This document shows positions 35,824 to 47,170 of a stretch of DNA of 64,000 nt, piece by piece. Origin of the DNA: Eledone cirrhosa. Its lineage: Eukaryota. The notes beneath the pieces were generated by a model, which had not been told where the DNA came from, did not search any database, and was given only the letters and a program-made list of their open reading frames with translations. Numbering within the stretch: position 1 is the first letter of the stretch; each line of letters opens with the position of its first letter. Where the stretch lies: contig CAXHJY010000234.1 in NCBI GenBank assembly GCA_964016885.1, positions 1 through 64,000 on the forward strand, read 5' to 3'. Both the position numbers and the translations under genes were made by a program.

Positions 35824-38465
35824 GACTAGCAGAGGATTACACTGCATATTCCAACAAGAAGTAGCCATTAGTATGGGTTGTAGTGTTTACACTCTTAACA
35901 TATTGCACTCTTCCCATTGTCCAGTCTATTTCTGTATGCCTACTGTTACAGCCATTGTCTAGCATAAGGTCAGCTCAAATCCTGTAGATATATGATCAAA
36001 GTTATTCCAGCTTTGACCATCTTATTCTTTTTGTATAAACTGACCTACAATGTCCAATGTTCTTTCTTAATTTAGGGTGGTAGTGTGATTCGAGTGAATC
36101 TGTTTGTTATTTCTAGCAGGTCAAGCCAGAATGTGGAGACACTTATATTCTGATATTGTCTATAATAATGGCAGCCAAGGTGGATATGGTCAAATCATGT
36201 AGTCACTTGTATGACTAGATGCTATTTTATGCTCCAGGTGCTCTATTTGCTAGAATAAGTAGCTAAATCTTACCTACTACTCTATGAGAATATCTTTGAA
36301 AGAGTCCAACCTAAAATGTATGGACCTATAACTTTGGATGAAGTTGTAGGGCCAGTACCATGATATATGGTATTTTAAAAACCTGACGAAGCCCATCCCT
36401 TCTTCAGGTCTGAAAATAGCATATTTCTTCCAGAGAAAGAGAGAGAAGAGAAGTAAGAGAGAGATGTAGAAGAAGAATTGACCCTAGTATTAGACTGGTA
36501 CTTTTTGTTTTATCAACCTCAAAAGGATGAAAGCGAAGTTGATCTCTGGAATTTCAACTTGGAGTTCAGAGAGCCAGAATAAATAACACAAAGCATGCTA
36601 TTCCATGTTCTAACAGCTCTACCAATTTGCTGCCTCCCATCTTAAAAACATGTCAAAAACAATTCATAAGATAGTCACTATGGTGTTGAATGGTGGCCAA
36701 ATATTAAAAAAGCCTCATTTAGTTTAAACATGATATATTTTTTCAAAGGTTTTCACTATACAAAGTTTTTTTTTTTCAGTGACATTTCATGTTGTAAAGA
36801 GATGATGTCACTTAAACAAAATACTTTCTAAAGTTTATTATGCATAGTTAACCCTTTCACTGCCATGTTTCTAATGAAAAACATTGGCTATGATTATCAA
36901 ATAATTTTGAAATAATCAAAAATTTGGAAGAGATTTTTAAAACATTTAACTTTAGGGTCAGGAAGGGAGCAAACCTTAAGGTGGTGTTTGGAGCATAATT
37001 TAATTTTTATTTTTATTTTTTAGATAAATATCAATGCTTTAAAATAAAGTTTTGTATTATAGCACCAGAGGCTGTTCCAGGTGATTTAGTATCGAAAGGG
37101 TTAATAGAAACCTTATACAGTTTTATAATAATAAGCGATGTTATATAAACTTATGAATGTGTTGTCATCATCATCATCATTTTACATTTGATTTTCTATG
37201 CTTCCTTGAATTGGCCAAGTCTTTTACAGCATAGCTTCCCCCCACTTGTGTTCCTTTGTTATCTCCACTGTAACGTTCAATTTGAGATCAGCCCAGACCT
37301 TCATTGATTTTCTTCTGCTGTAGCATCTTTCCACTGGGATCTCTTGGCACTTCTTCATAACATGCTATGAATTATAACTACTGTGGTTAAACCACAGTAG
37401 TTATAATTCTTGCTGGATAGAGAAACTGCACTAATGTTATGGAAGTTGAAGTAGACCAACTTTGGTGAATTAGGGGAGCTGCTAGAGCTCTGTATTAAAT
37501 GCTCTACACTTTGGTTCCAGCTCTCTGCACACTGAGTTCAAATCCCACTGAAGTCAACTTTTCCTTTAGAGATCTTAGGGTCAATAAATTACTACTCCAA
37601 AGCAGTGGATTGGCAGAATTCTTAGTGTTGGTTGTTCTATGCATCCTAAATTCAAATCCAGCCTCATGTCTCTAGAAAATTGTGACAGAAGAGGACTAGA
37701 ATTTCTATCATAAAAACGTCCAAGAAAACTCCCATAACGTATCATTTCTTAAACTTATACAGATTTGAACTGTGACTACCTCAATAGTATACTGTTAAAA
37801 GCTATAAACTATTGTTCTCTTTGCTGAAGTGATAAAAATGATGAAACTAGTTGTGTAGGTCTCCTTTTTCTGGCTGCTTTTTCAACCATGTGGTTTGAAC
37901 ACAATATCTACTTTTCACATTTAGTCTAAAAGTGTGTGTTTACTAAAAATATACTTCAGGAAGTATATTTTACATCTCAGCTTAATACACAAGCATGGCC
38001 ATATGGTTAAGGAATTCACTTTGGAACTATGTGGTTGTACGTCAAGTCATGCTGTGAGACACCTTGGTCAAGTGTCTTCTACGATAGCCTTAGGGTGACC
38101 AATACCTTGAGTTGAATTTGTTAGACGGAGACTGCACAAGTCCTGTGTGTGTGTTTGTGTGTGTGTGTGAGACTGTCTGTGTTTACGTTTGTATTTGTAT
38201 TTTAGCAGTTTGACAAAAAGAGTGCTAAGTACCATACATGTAAAAATAAGTGCAGGGGTCCATATGATCAACTAAATCAAGGCAAAGGCCCTGGATGGCC
38301 GCAATCTAATGACTGAAACCATTAAAAAAGTCAAATAGGAAGAGTATATAGCTTCTTGCTTTGGCATATATGTATATGATGTGTTTATATACTTGTATAC
38401 ATTTGTAAACAAATCATCTGTAAAATTTCCTGTTTTGGTGAAGAAAGCAAATTTTTGGCTGTGTT

Positions 38466-38510
<45 letters not shown>

Positions 38511-38549
38511 ATCCTTTCCTGACATCAGTTAAGGACACACACACACACA

Positions 38550-38800
38550 CATCATCATCATCATCATCATCAGGTTTAGCGTCCGTGTTCCACGCTTGCA
38601 TGGGTTTGGACGTGGGGTTTTCCCACTTGAGGCAAGAGTGGTTGTCTTGCTCGCATAGGACTGTCTGGCGGGTTTTCTACAGTTGGATGCCCTTCCTAAC
38701 ACCAACCACATTTACAGTGTGGGGCTGGGAGGTTTTTACCGTGTTGCCTACACGGCCACATTACAGCGTGGACTGTCTGGCGGGTTTTCTACAGCTGGAT
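38550..38800 (-). mobile_element. RTE-A 3'-UTR fragment, inverted relative to the adjacent long copy
   Basis: Reverse complement of 41222-41436, with (CAT)n at 38550-38571. Confidence 0.9.
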
Positions 38801-38847
38801 GATATATATATATATACATATACATATACATATATATATATATACAT

Positions 38848-41436
38848 ATTTCAAAGCATATTACTTGATGCTTTCGACAGTAAGGAAGAACATTTAGAGT
38901 CGGACAATATAGAGGGACAGTGGGAATTTCTGAAAGCAAACCTGCTGATGGCGACAGACGAAGTCTGTGGCTGGAGCAGGCCTGTAGGCAGGAGGAGAGT
39001 AACATGGTGGTGGAACAGTAAGGTGGAGGGGTCAATTAAGGCCAAAAAGCAGGCTTGGAAAGTATGGCGGGATGGGGGAAGTAGAGAAGACTATCAAGTG
39101 GCCAGGAGGGAAGCTAGGAGACAAGTGTACTTAGCAAGAAGGGAAGCAGAGGAAAGAAAGTTCAAGCATGTTCTACAACGCGAGGACCAAAAACGTGAGG
39201 TGTTCAGGATTGCTAGGCAATGCGTCAAGGAAAACCGTGATATTGTCGGGGAGAAGTGTGTACTTAACGATGATGGCATACTTGCCATCACCGACGCTGA
39301 TAAGAAGGTAGCTTGGAAGTGTCACTATGAAAGGCTACTAAATGAGGAGAATAAATGGGAGAAAGACAGTCTCCCCCATATCGACCCAATAGAGGGACCA
39401 GCAGTGTTAGTCGAGGGGAGTATAATAAGTAAGGCAATCAAGGATATGAAGACGGGTAAGGCGGCTGGGCCTTCGGAAATAGTTGCTGAGATGCTGAAGG
39501 CATCTGGCACGGTGGGACACACCATGGTCACCCGCATAGTTAACCAAGTCGTACAGAATGGGGTTGTTCCGAAGGACTGGCATAGCAGCATCAGGGTAAA
39601 GGAGACGCCCTAGATAGGAGTAACTATAGAGGCATTAAATTAATCGACCAGGTCATGAAGGTCACGGAAAAAGTAATAGCGCAACTAATCAGAGAGAGAA
39701 TTGACCTAGATGAAATGCAGTTCGGGTTTGTGTCAGGCAAAAGTACCACAGACGCTCTGTTCATTGTACGACAACTACAGAAGAAGTACCTAGCTAAAGG
39801 TAAACCCCTCTACTTAGCTTTTGTCGACTTGGAGAAAGCCTTCGACAGAGTCCCCCGCTCCATTATCTGGTGGGCTCTTAGAAAACTAGGCGTTGACGAA
39901 TGGCTTGTGAGGGCTATACAAGCCATGTATAAAGAAACAGTCAGCAAGGTTAGAATTAACAACGAATATAGTGAAGAGTTTAGCGTAAAAGTTGGCGTCC
40001 ATCAGGGCTCTGTTCTCAGCCCCCTACTATTTATTATTGCCCTTCAGGCTATAACAGAGGAGTTCAAGACCGGCTGCCCATTGGAACTCCTATACGCAGA
40101 CGACCTGACACTCGTAGCGGAATCAATGGCCGAGCTAGAGAAGAAATTCCAAACATGGAAGCACGGCCTAGAATCAAAAGGACTTAAAATTAACCTGGCT
40201 AAGACTAAAGTTCTAGTTTGTAGGAAAGAAAATTAGGCGGCGGTCCCTTCTGGGAAATGGTCGTGCTCGGTGTGTAGGAAAGGTGTAGGTAGAAACTCCA
40301 TTTTATGTCCTAAATGCAAAGTATGGGTGCATAAAAGATGTAGTGGGATCACAGGTAAGCTAACTAAAAACATAGATTTTACATGTGGCCGGTGCTCTGG
40401 TGCAATAAGTAGCAGCAAGTGCCCACAAATACTAGCTCTTTCAATTGCGCAGAGGGTTCTATAGAAATAGTGGACAGCTTCCGTTACCTGGGCGATAAAA
40501 TCAGCAGTGGGGGAGGGTGCTCTGAAAGTACAGTAGCTAGAGTCAGAACTGGTTGGAAAAAGTTCAGAGAGCTTATACCACTATTAGCTGCTAAAGGTTT
40601 CTCCCTAAAAATGAAAGGCAGGTTGTACGATGCCTGCATACGAACAGCAATGTTGCATGGCAGTGAGACCTGGGCATTGTGTGCAGAGGATATACGCAGA
40701 CTAGAGAGGAACGAAGCTTGCATGCTCCGCTGGATGTGTAACAGTAATATACGTGAACGGCAAAGCATAAACGAACTAAGGAAAAAATTAGAAATAAGAG
40801 GGATCAGATGTTGTTTACTCGAGAGAAGGCTACGTTGGTATGGACACGTGATGCGCATGAAAGTCGATAGCTGTATAACAAAGTGCAGGGCAATAAAGAT
40901 AGACGGTAGCCACGGAATAGGCAGACCTAGAAAAACCTGGGACGAGCTGATAAACTCCAACCTCACACACTTACACCTCTCCAAGACAATGTCACTGGAC
41001 CGAGACCTTTGGCGGTACTCAGTAACAGAGAAGACCCGCCTTACCTAAATACATAGTAAAACCTACTACAGCCAGTAGGCATCTCTAACAAAATACACCC
41101 CGTCCCACCACCACCACCCCCACCCCATCCACACCACCCCGTTCTATGTAAAGTTATGTTGGTGCCGCGCCATCCAGGCCGAAACAAATGAGATCGTGTA
41201 GGTGTCACGACAAAAAACACACAGTCCACGCTGTAATGTGGCCGTGTAGGCAACACGGTAAAAACCTCCCAGACCCACACTGTATATGTGGTTGGTGTTA
41301 GGAAGGGCATCCAACTGTAGAAAACCTGCCAGACAGTCCTATGCGAGCAAGACAATCACTCTTGCCTCAAGTGGGACTACCCTCGTCCAAACCCATGCAA
41401 GCGTGGAACACGGACGTTAAACGTTGATGATGATGA
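38848..41436 (+). mobile_element. 5'-truncated RTE-clade LINE (family A); RT pseudogene with internal PHD-like Cys/His cluster, 3' UTR and (GAT)n tail
   Basis: ORF pieces 38848-39613, 39655-40236, 40270-40464, 40419-41048: QFGF, FVDLEKAFDRV, GVHQGSVLSPLLF, LLYADDL, FRYLG, RLRWYGHVMR, GRPRKTW. Broken by two frameshifts and a stop. Confidence 0.95.
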
Positions 41437-41792
<356 letters not shown>

Positions 41793-44381
41793 AATGATGG
41801 CTGCCCCCTCGTTATCGAGTATGGCCATTGCACGACGAGACAAAAAAAAAAAAAATTTTTAAATTAACAAATAAATAAAAAAGAAAATTAAAAAAAAAGA
41901 AATTTATATATACACACACATATATACACACACACAGATTAATAACAATAATAATAATAATAATAACAACAATAATAATGACAACAACAATAATAATATA
42001 CATATACATAAATATATACACATACACGTACACACATAAACATATCTATACATACAGACACACACACGATAGCAACTAACAGCACTACGATCGAATGTGG
42101 CTTTCTAGCCCAGCCAATGATCTAAAATGTCTTGCACAGTCGGCAACCAAAACATTCACTGAGAATAGTCGGCTGTGGTTGGAGTTTGTGAACTTTTGCA
42201 TGTCGCTTGAGCCCTCCTGCTGATTTACATTCTCTACCACATGTTTGGCAAGCATGATGAGTAGCGTCTCCAACAACAGCCTGGTAGTCAACCACTGGTC
42301 TTACTTTATGACTGCGAAGATGACTTTCGAGTCCAGCTTTGCTTAGGCAGAGTCTCGCACAGACGCTGCATGTCAGCACCATAGGAGGACCCTCGCCGTC
42401 TGGAAGTGCAACAGCAATGCCCTTCCTCACATCCCGCTTTACTTTCTCGTATGCGATTCGAGATGCCTCAAAGGCAACTTTTCCCTCATATACAGTCTTT
42501 CTCCATTTGTTACGATCAGCAGCAATATTTTCCCATGTATCAGCAGAGATGTTAGCGTCTTTCAGAGAGGCTTTCAAGGAATCCTTATACCTCTTTTTTG
42601 GTTTATGTGGCGGTCGTTTTCCTTTAACCAACTCTCCATAAAAGAGTTGTTTTGGTATTCTAGAATCCTTCATCCTGGCAAGGTGACCACTCCAACGGAG
42701 TCGTTGCTTAAGCACAAGAGCTTCTATACTGTCACACATAGAGCTTTCCAAAATCTCGACATCACTGATGTGGTCCCTCCACTGAATGCCATGGATCCGT
42801 CTGAGACACATCTGATGGAAACGCTCCAATGGCTTAAGGTGGTGTCGATATGTGACCCAGGTCTCGCAGGCATAAAGAAGACAAGAGAGCACACATGCCC
42901 TGTACACCTTTACCTTTGTCCTCCTGCATATGTCTCGCCGACCCCAGAGTCGCCTTTCTAGCTTTCCGAAAGCATCACTTGCTTTCCTAATCCTAAGTGA
43001 GATTTCACTGTCAAGGTTGCCGTATCGATTGACAGTGCTTCCCAGGTAGACAAACTGATCAACAACTCCAAGTCATTTACCATACACATAGATATTTGGT
43101 TCAGTGTACTGCTTACCAGGGGCAAGTTGGTACATGACGACGGTTTTCTTGAGACTGACAGTCAATCCTAGGGCAGTGCAAGCGTCAGAAAATGCATTCA
43201 AAATGTGCTGCATATCACTCTCTGTGTGCGCTACAAGATCGCAATCATCTGCATACAAGAGGTCTCTTATGATTGATGTAAATACTTTTGTCTTTGCAGC
43301 AAAGCGCCTAATGTTAAATATGCTGCCTGAGGTTCGATATCGGATGTAAACACCATGCTCGCAATTCCTGAATGCAATACAGAAAACCATTGCAAAGTAT
43401 ATGGCAAACAGGGTCGGTGCTGGAATATCCCCCTGTTTCACTCCATTTTTTACTGAGATAGGCTCCGACATGTTACCTCCGACATTAACCCAAGTCTCCA
43501 TGTCGTCATGGAAAGACCTAACTAAAGCAAGGAACTTATCAGGGCAACCAAGTTTCTGGAGAACCTTCCATAATGCATCTCTGTTAACAGTATCGAAAGC
43601 TTTTGACAGATCGACAAAAACCTGATACAGATCCAAACTTCTCCTGGAGCTGTCTAGCTGAGAAGATCATATCAGTAGTGCCGCGTCCAGCACGAAAACC
43701 AGATTGACTTTCAGGAAGAACACAATCTGCAATGTGTGTCAGCAGACGGTCCAGAAGCACCCTACATAAAACTTTCCCTACGACGGAAAGCAATGATATA
43801 CCTCTGTAGTTCCCACAATCATTCCTGTTACCTTTTCCCTTGTACAAGACCACCATTACTGCATCTCTCCAGTCCTCAGGTACGGATTCATTAGCCCATA
43901 TCCTGCAAAACAAAGAGTGAAGATGTTGCAGGAGTCTCTCACAAACCATATTGTAAGAGCTCAGCATGTATGCCATCCATACCTGGAGATCTTCCACTGT
44001 TCAGCTTCGAAATAGCCACTGCAACCTCCACAACATCGGAGGTTCTGCGAGAGCTACTTTCACAGGACTTTCTCGAATGAGATTGAGGAAATCTTCACTG
44101 ACGACAGACGGCTGATTCAAAAGATCATCAAAGTGCTCTTGCCACCTTCGTAGAATTCCTTGTGAGTCACGAAGAAGTTCTTTGCCATCCTTGCTGTGAA
44201 GCGGTGTCACCAGAGAAGAAGACGGTCCATAAACCTCATGCAAGAGACTGTACAACAGCTTTGTGTTATTGGAATCTGACGCAGTTTGTATCTCACCAGT
44301 CTTCTCACTCCACCACTGATCCTTCATCTGAGAAAGACTCCGCCTAACACGTGATTTTACATCCTTGAGTTCCTCATGCAA
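41793..44381 (-). mobile_element. 5'-truncated RTE/BovB-like LINE (family B) pseudogene with three C-terminal C2H2 zinc fingers
   Basis: NYRGISLLS, PESQSGFRAGRGTTDMIF, FVDLSKAFDTV, GVKQGDIPAPTLF, LLYADDC, LRWSGHLARM, KQLFYGEL; fingers CSVCARLCLSKAGLESHLRSH, CQTCGRECKSAGGLKRHAKVH and a frameshifted third; 3' hairpin tail at 41793-41830. Confidence 0.95.
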
Positions 44382-44431
44382 TATATATATAATATATATA
44401 TATCTGTATGTATATATATATACACATATAT

Positions 44432-44654
44432 ACAGTCCACGCTGTAATGTGGCCGTGTAGGCAACACGGTAAAAACCTCCCAGCCCCACACTGTAAATGT
44501 GGTTGGTGTTAGGAAGGGCATCCAGCTGTAGAAAACCCGCCAGACAGTCCTATGCGAGTAAGACAACCACTCTTGCCTCAAGTGGGAAAACCCCCGTCCA
44601 AACCCATGCAAGCATGGAACAGGGACGTTAAATGATGATGATGATGATGATGAT
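44432..44654 (+). mobile_element. RTE-A 3'-UTR fragment with (GAT)n tail
   Basis: Near-identical to 41222-41436. Confidence 0.9.
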
Positions 44655-45084
<430 letters not shown>

Positions 45085-45147
45085 GTTTTAATATAGAAGA
45101 GATTCTACAGGACAAGAACTGTTTCATTCATTAGAAATCATCAGCGT

Positions 45148-45220
45148 GGTCAGGTAGCTCAGTCGGTAGAGCAGCGGACCGGCAATCCGAAGGTCGTGGG
45201 TTCGATTCCCACCCTGATTA
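45148..45220 (+). tRNA. tRNA-like cloverleaf, nominal anticodon GGC; probably a tRNA-derived element or pseudogene
   Basis: Acceptor GGTCAGG/CCTGATT, D arm GCTC/GAGC, anticodon arm CGGA-CCGGCAA-TCCG, T arm GTGGG-TTCGATT-CCCAC; 73 nt; intact A and B boxes; TTTT immediately downstream. It has C33 instead of U33 and no G3:U70 pair. Confidence 0.6.
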
Positions 45221-45373
45221 CTTTTCCTATCTGCACTTCTTCCTATTCATTATTATTTATTTAACTTATTTGTTGATAAATATTTTTAATATTAATATAA
45301 TATCCTTGCATTGCCTGGTAAAAAAAGTGGATTACAGGGAAAAATGCGGGCGCATGTAAAGAAATATTCTTAA

Positions 45374-46487
45374 ATTAATAAACCTAGAAAAGTTAAGGAC
45401 AAGTTATTACACCTGGAAAAGTAAAGGACAAGAAAACTTCTTAAAATATTGCAGCTAAAGTCTAAATTTGAAAAAAAAATATTTAGATTATAAAACTAAA
45501 AATAAATAATTATAAGTTAATTGTTAAAAAAATATCACTTTAAAGGACTGGAAAAATGACTGTCTTATAGGGAGAGTTGACTACTGTATACTTAATTTTT
45601 TTCTTGGTGTATACAAATTAATCTTTTTAAAATAAAATTTGTACAATAATTTGTACAATAATTAATTAATAATAATAATAATAATTAATATGTACAATTT
45701 ATTAATTTATGTTATAAGATATTTAAACATTTTCACTCTTAATCAAATTATATTTTAAAAAATTTAGTTATAAAATAATGCAGTAAAATAAATCAAAAAC
45801 AGTGCATCATATAATTGCACTTTTTATGAGTATTACAGATTTTTTTAATAATATAGTAAAATTCAACATCTCAAGGGGCAAAATTAGGTAAAAGTCAATT
45901 CATCAATTATTCATTTATAGTGAATCAATCAATTATAGTGAATTCATCAATTCATTAGATGAACTGTTGAATTAGACAATGTTTAATTTTTAATTGTAGT
46001 CTAATTTTACTCTACCTAAAAATGTAGATTGGTTATTTTGATCTCTGACAGATCTTAAATTTCATTATTAAACAATTATAATTTGTTATTATTTATCATT
46101 ACAGTTGGCTCCCTAATTAATTATTAATTAATTGTTAGTGTCATTTACACGCCAAAATTTTGTTTTATTTGATGTTTATAATTGCCACTCATTTTTTCAG
46201 TCCCATTTAGTAAAGTATATAAAGTATATTTATTTAATGACCCAACCACTATGGTGTAAATTAGGATCACAAAATTAAATAAATGATCATAAATTAGTAT
46301 TATTATCAATTAGAGAGTCAAATGTATTATTAGAATTTATCACTTTCTATGTATATTTAAATCAAATATTTTTTATTATTCAAATTTATACTATAGCTGC
46401 AATATTTTAAGAAGTTTTAAGAAGTTTTCTTGTCCTTTACTTTTCCAGGTGTAATAACTTGTCCTTTACTTTTCTAGGTTTATTAAT
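45374..46487. repeat. ~85-bp inverted repeat pair (45374-45457 / 46394-46487) enclosing very AT-rich DNA; MITE or foldback-like
   Basis: attaataaacctagaaaagttaaggacaagttattacacctggaaaagtaaaggacaagaaaacttcttaaaatattgcagcta and its reverse complement. Confidence 0.8.
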
Positions 46488-46489
46488 CA

Positions 46490-46692
46490 AAAATTGACCG
46501 GTTAATACATTTTCATACATCTATATTATTATATATTTGAAAATTGACCGGTTAATACATTTTCATACATCTATATTATTATATATTTGAAAATTGACCG
46601 GTTAATACATTTTCATACATCTATATTATTATATATTTGAAAATTGACCGGTTAATACATTTTTCATACATCTATATTATTATATATTTGAA
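46490..46692 (+). repeat. Four tandem 50-bp monomers at the 5' end of the LINE
   Basis: aaattgaccggttaatacattttcatacatctatattattatatatttga starting at 46491, 46541, 46591, 46641. Confidence 0.95.
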
Positions 46693-46704
46693 ACCACGTG
46701 TTTT

Positions 46705-47159
46705 CGAACTTGTGAGTACATTTTCCTTTAACTACAAATTATTATTATATACTTTCGTCTTTTCATTAATTTCAAATAACCAGAATATACATATATATAT
46801 ATATATATACTCATATTTATATATATACGCTTCTCACTCACACACAAGAAAAACAAAAAACAAAAATAAATTTAAAAAAAATATATATATATTGAAATAC
46901 TTAACTAAAACACACACACACGAACTTGTGAGTACATTTTCCTTTAACTACAAATTATTATTATATACTTTCGTCTTTTCATTAACTTAATTAATTTCAA
47001 ATAACCAGAATATACATATATATATATATATACTCATATTTATATATATACGCTTCTCACTCACACACAAGAAAAACAAAAAACAAAAATAAATCAAAAA
47101 TAAATTTATAAAAAAAAAAAATATATATATTGAAATACTTAACTAAAACACACACACAC
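46705..47159 (+). repeat. Tandem duplication (~216-bp period) in the LINE 5' UTR
   Basis: cgaacttgtgagtacattttcc... starts at 46705 and again at 46921. Confidence 0.93.
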
Positions 47160-47170
47160 TCAAAACTAGA

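Noticed and set aside
38381-38847. N-terminal part of the 410-aa ORF 38381-39613
   Set aside because: Chance read-through of microsatellite and an inverted LINE 3' UTR; RTE homology starts only at about 38848.
45148-45220. Functional tRNA-Ala(GGC) gene
   Set aside because: C33, no G3:U70, two terminal G-T pairs, a mismatch at the top of the anticodon stem, and a G34 Ala anticodon atypical for eukaryotes; kept only as tRNA-like.
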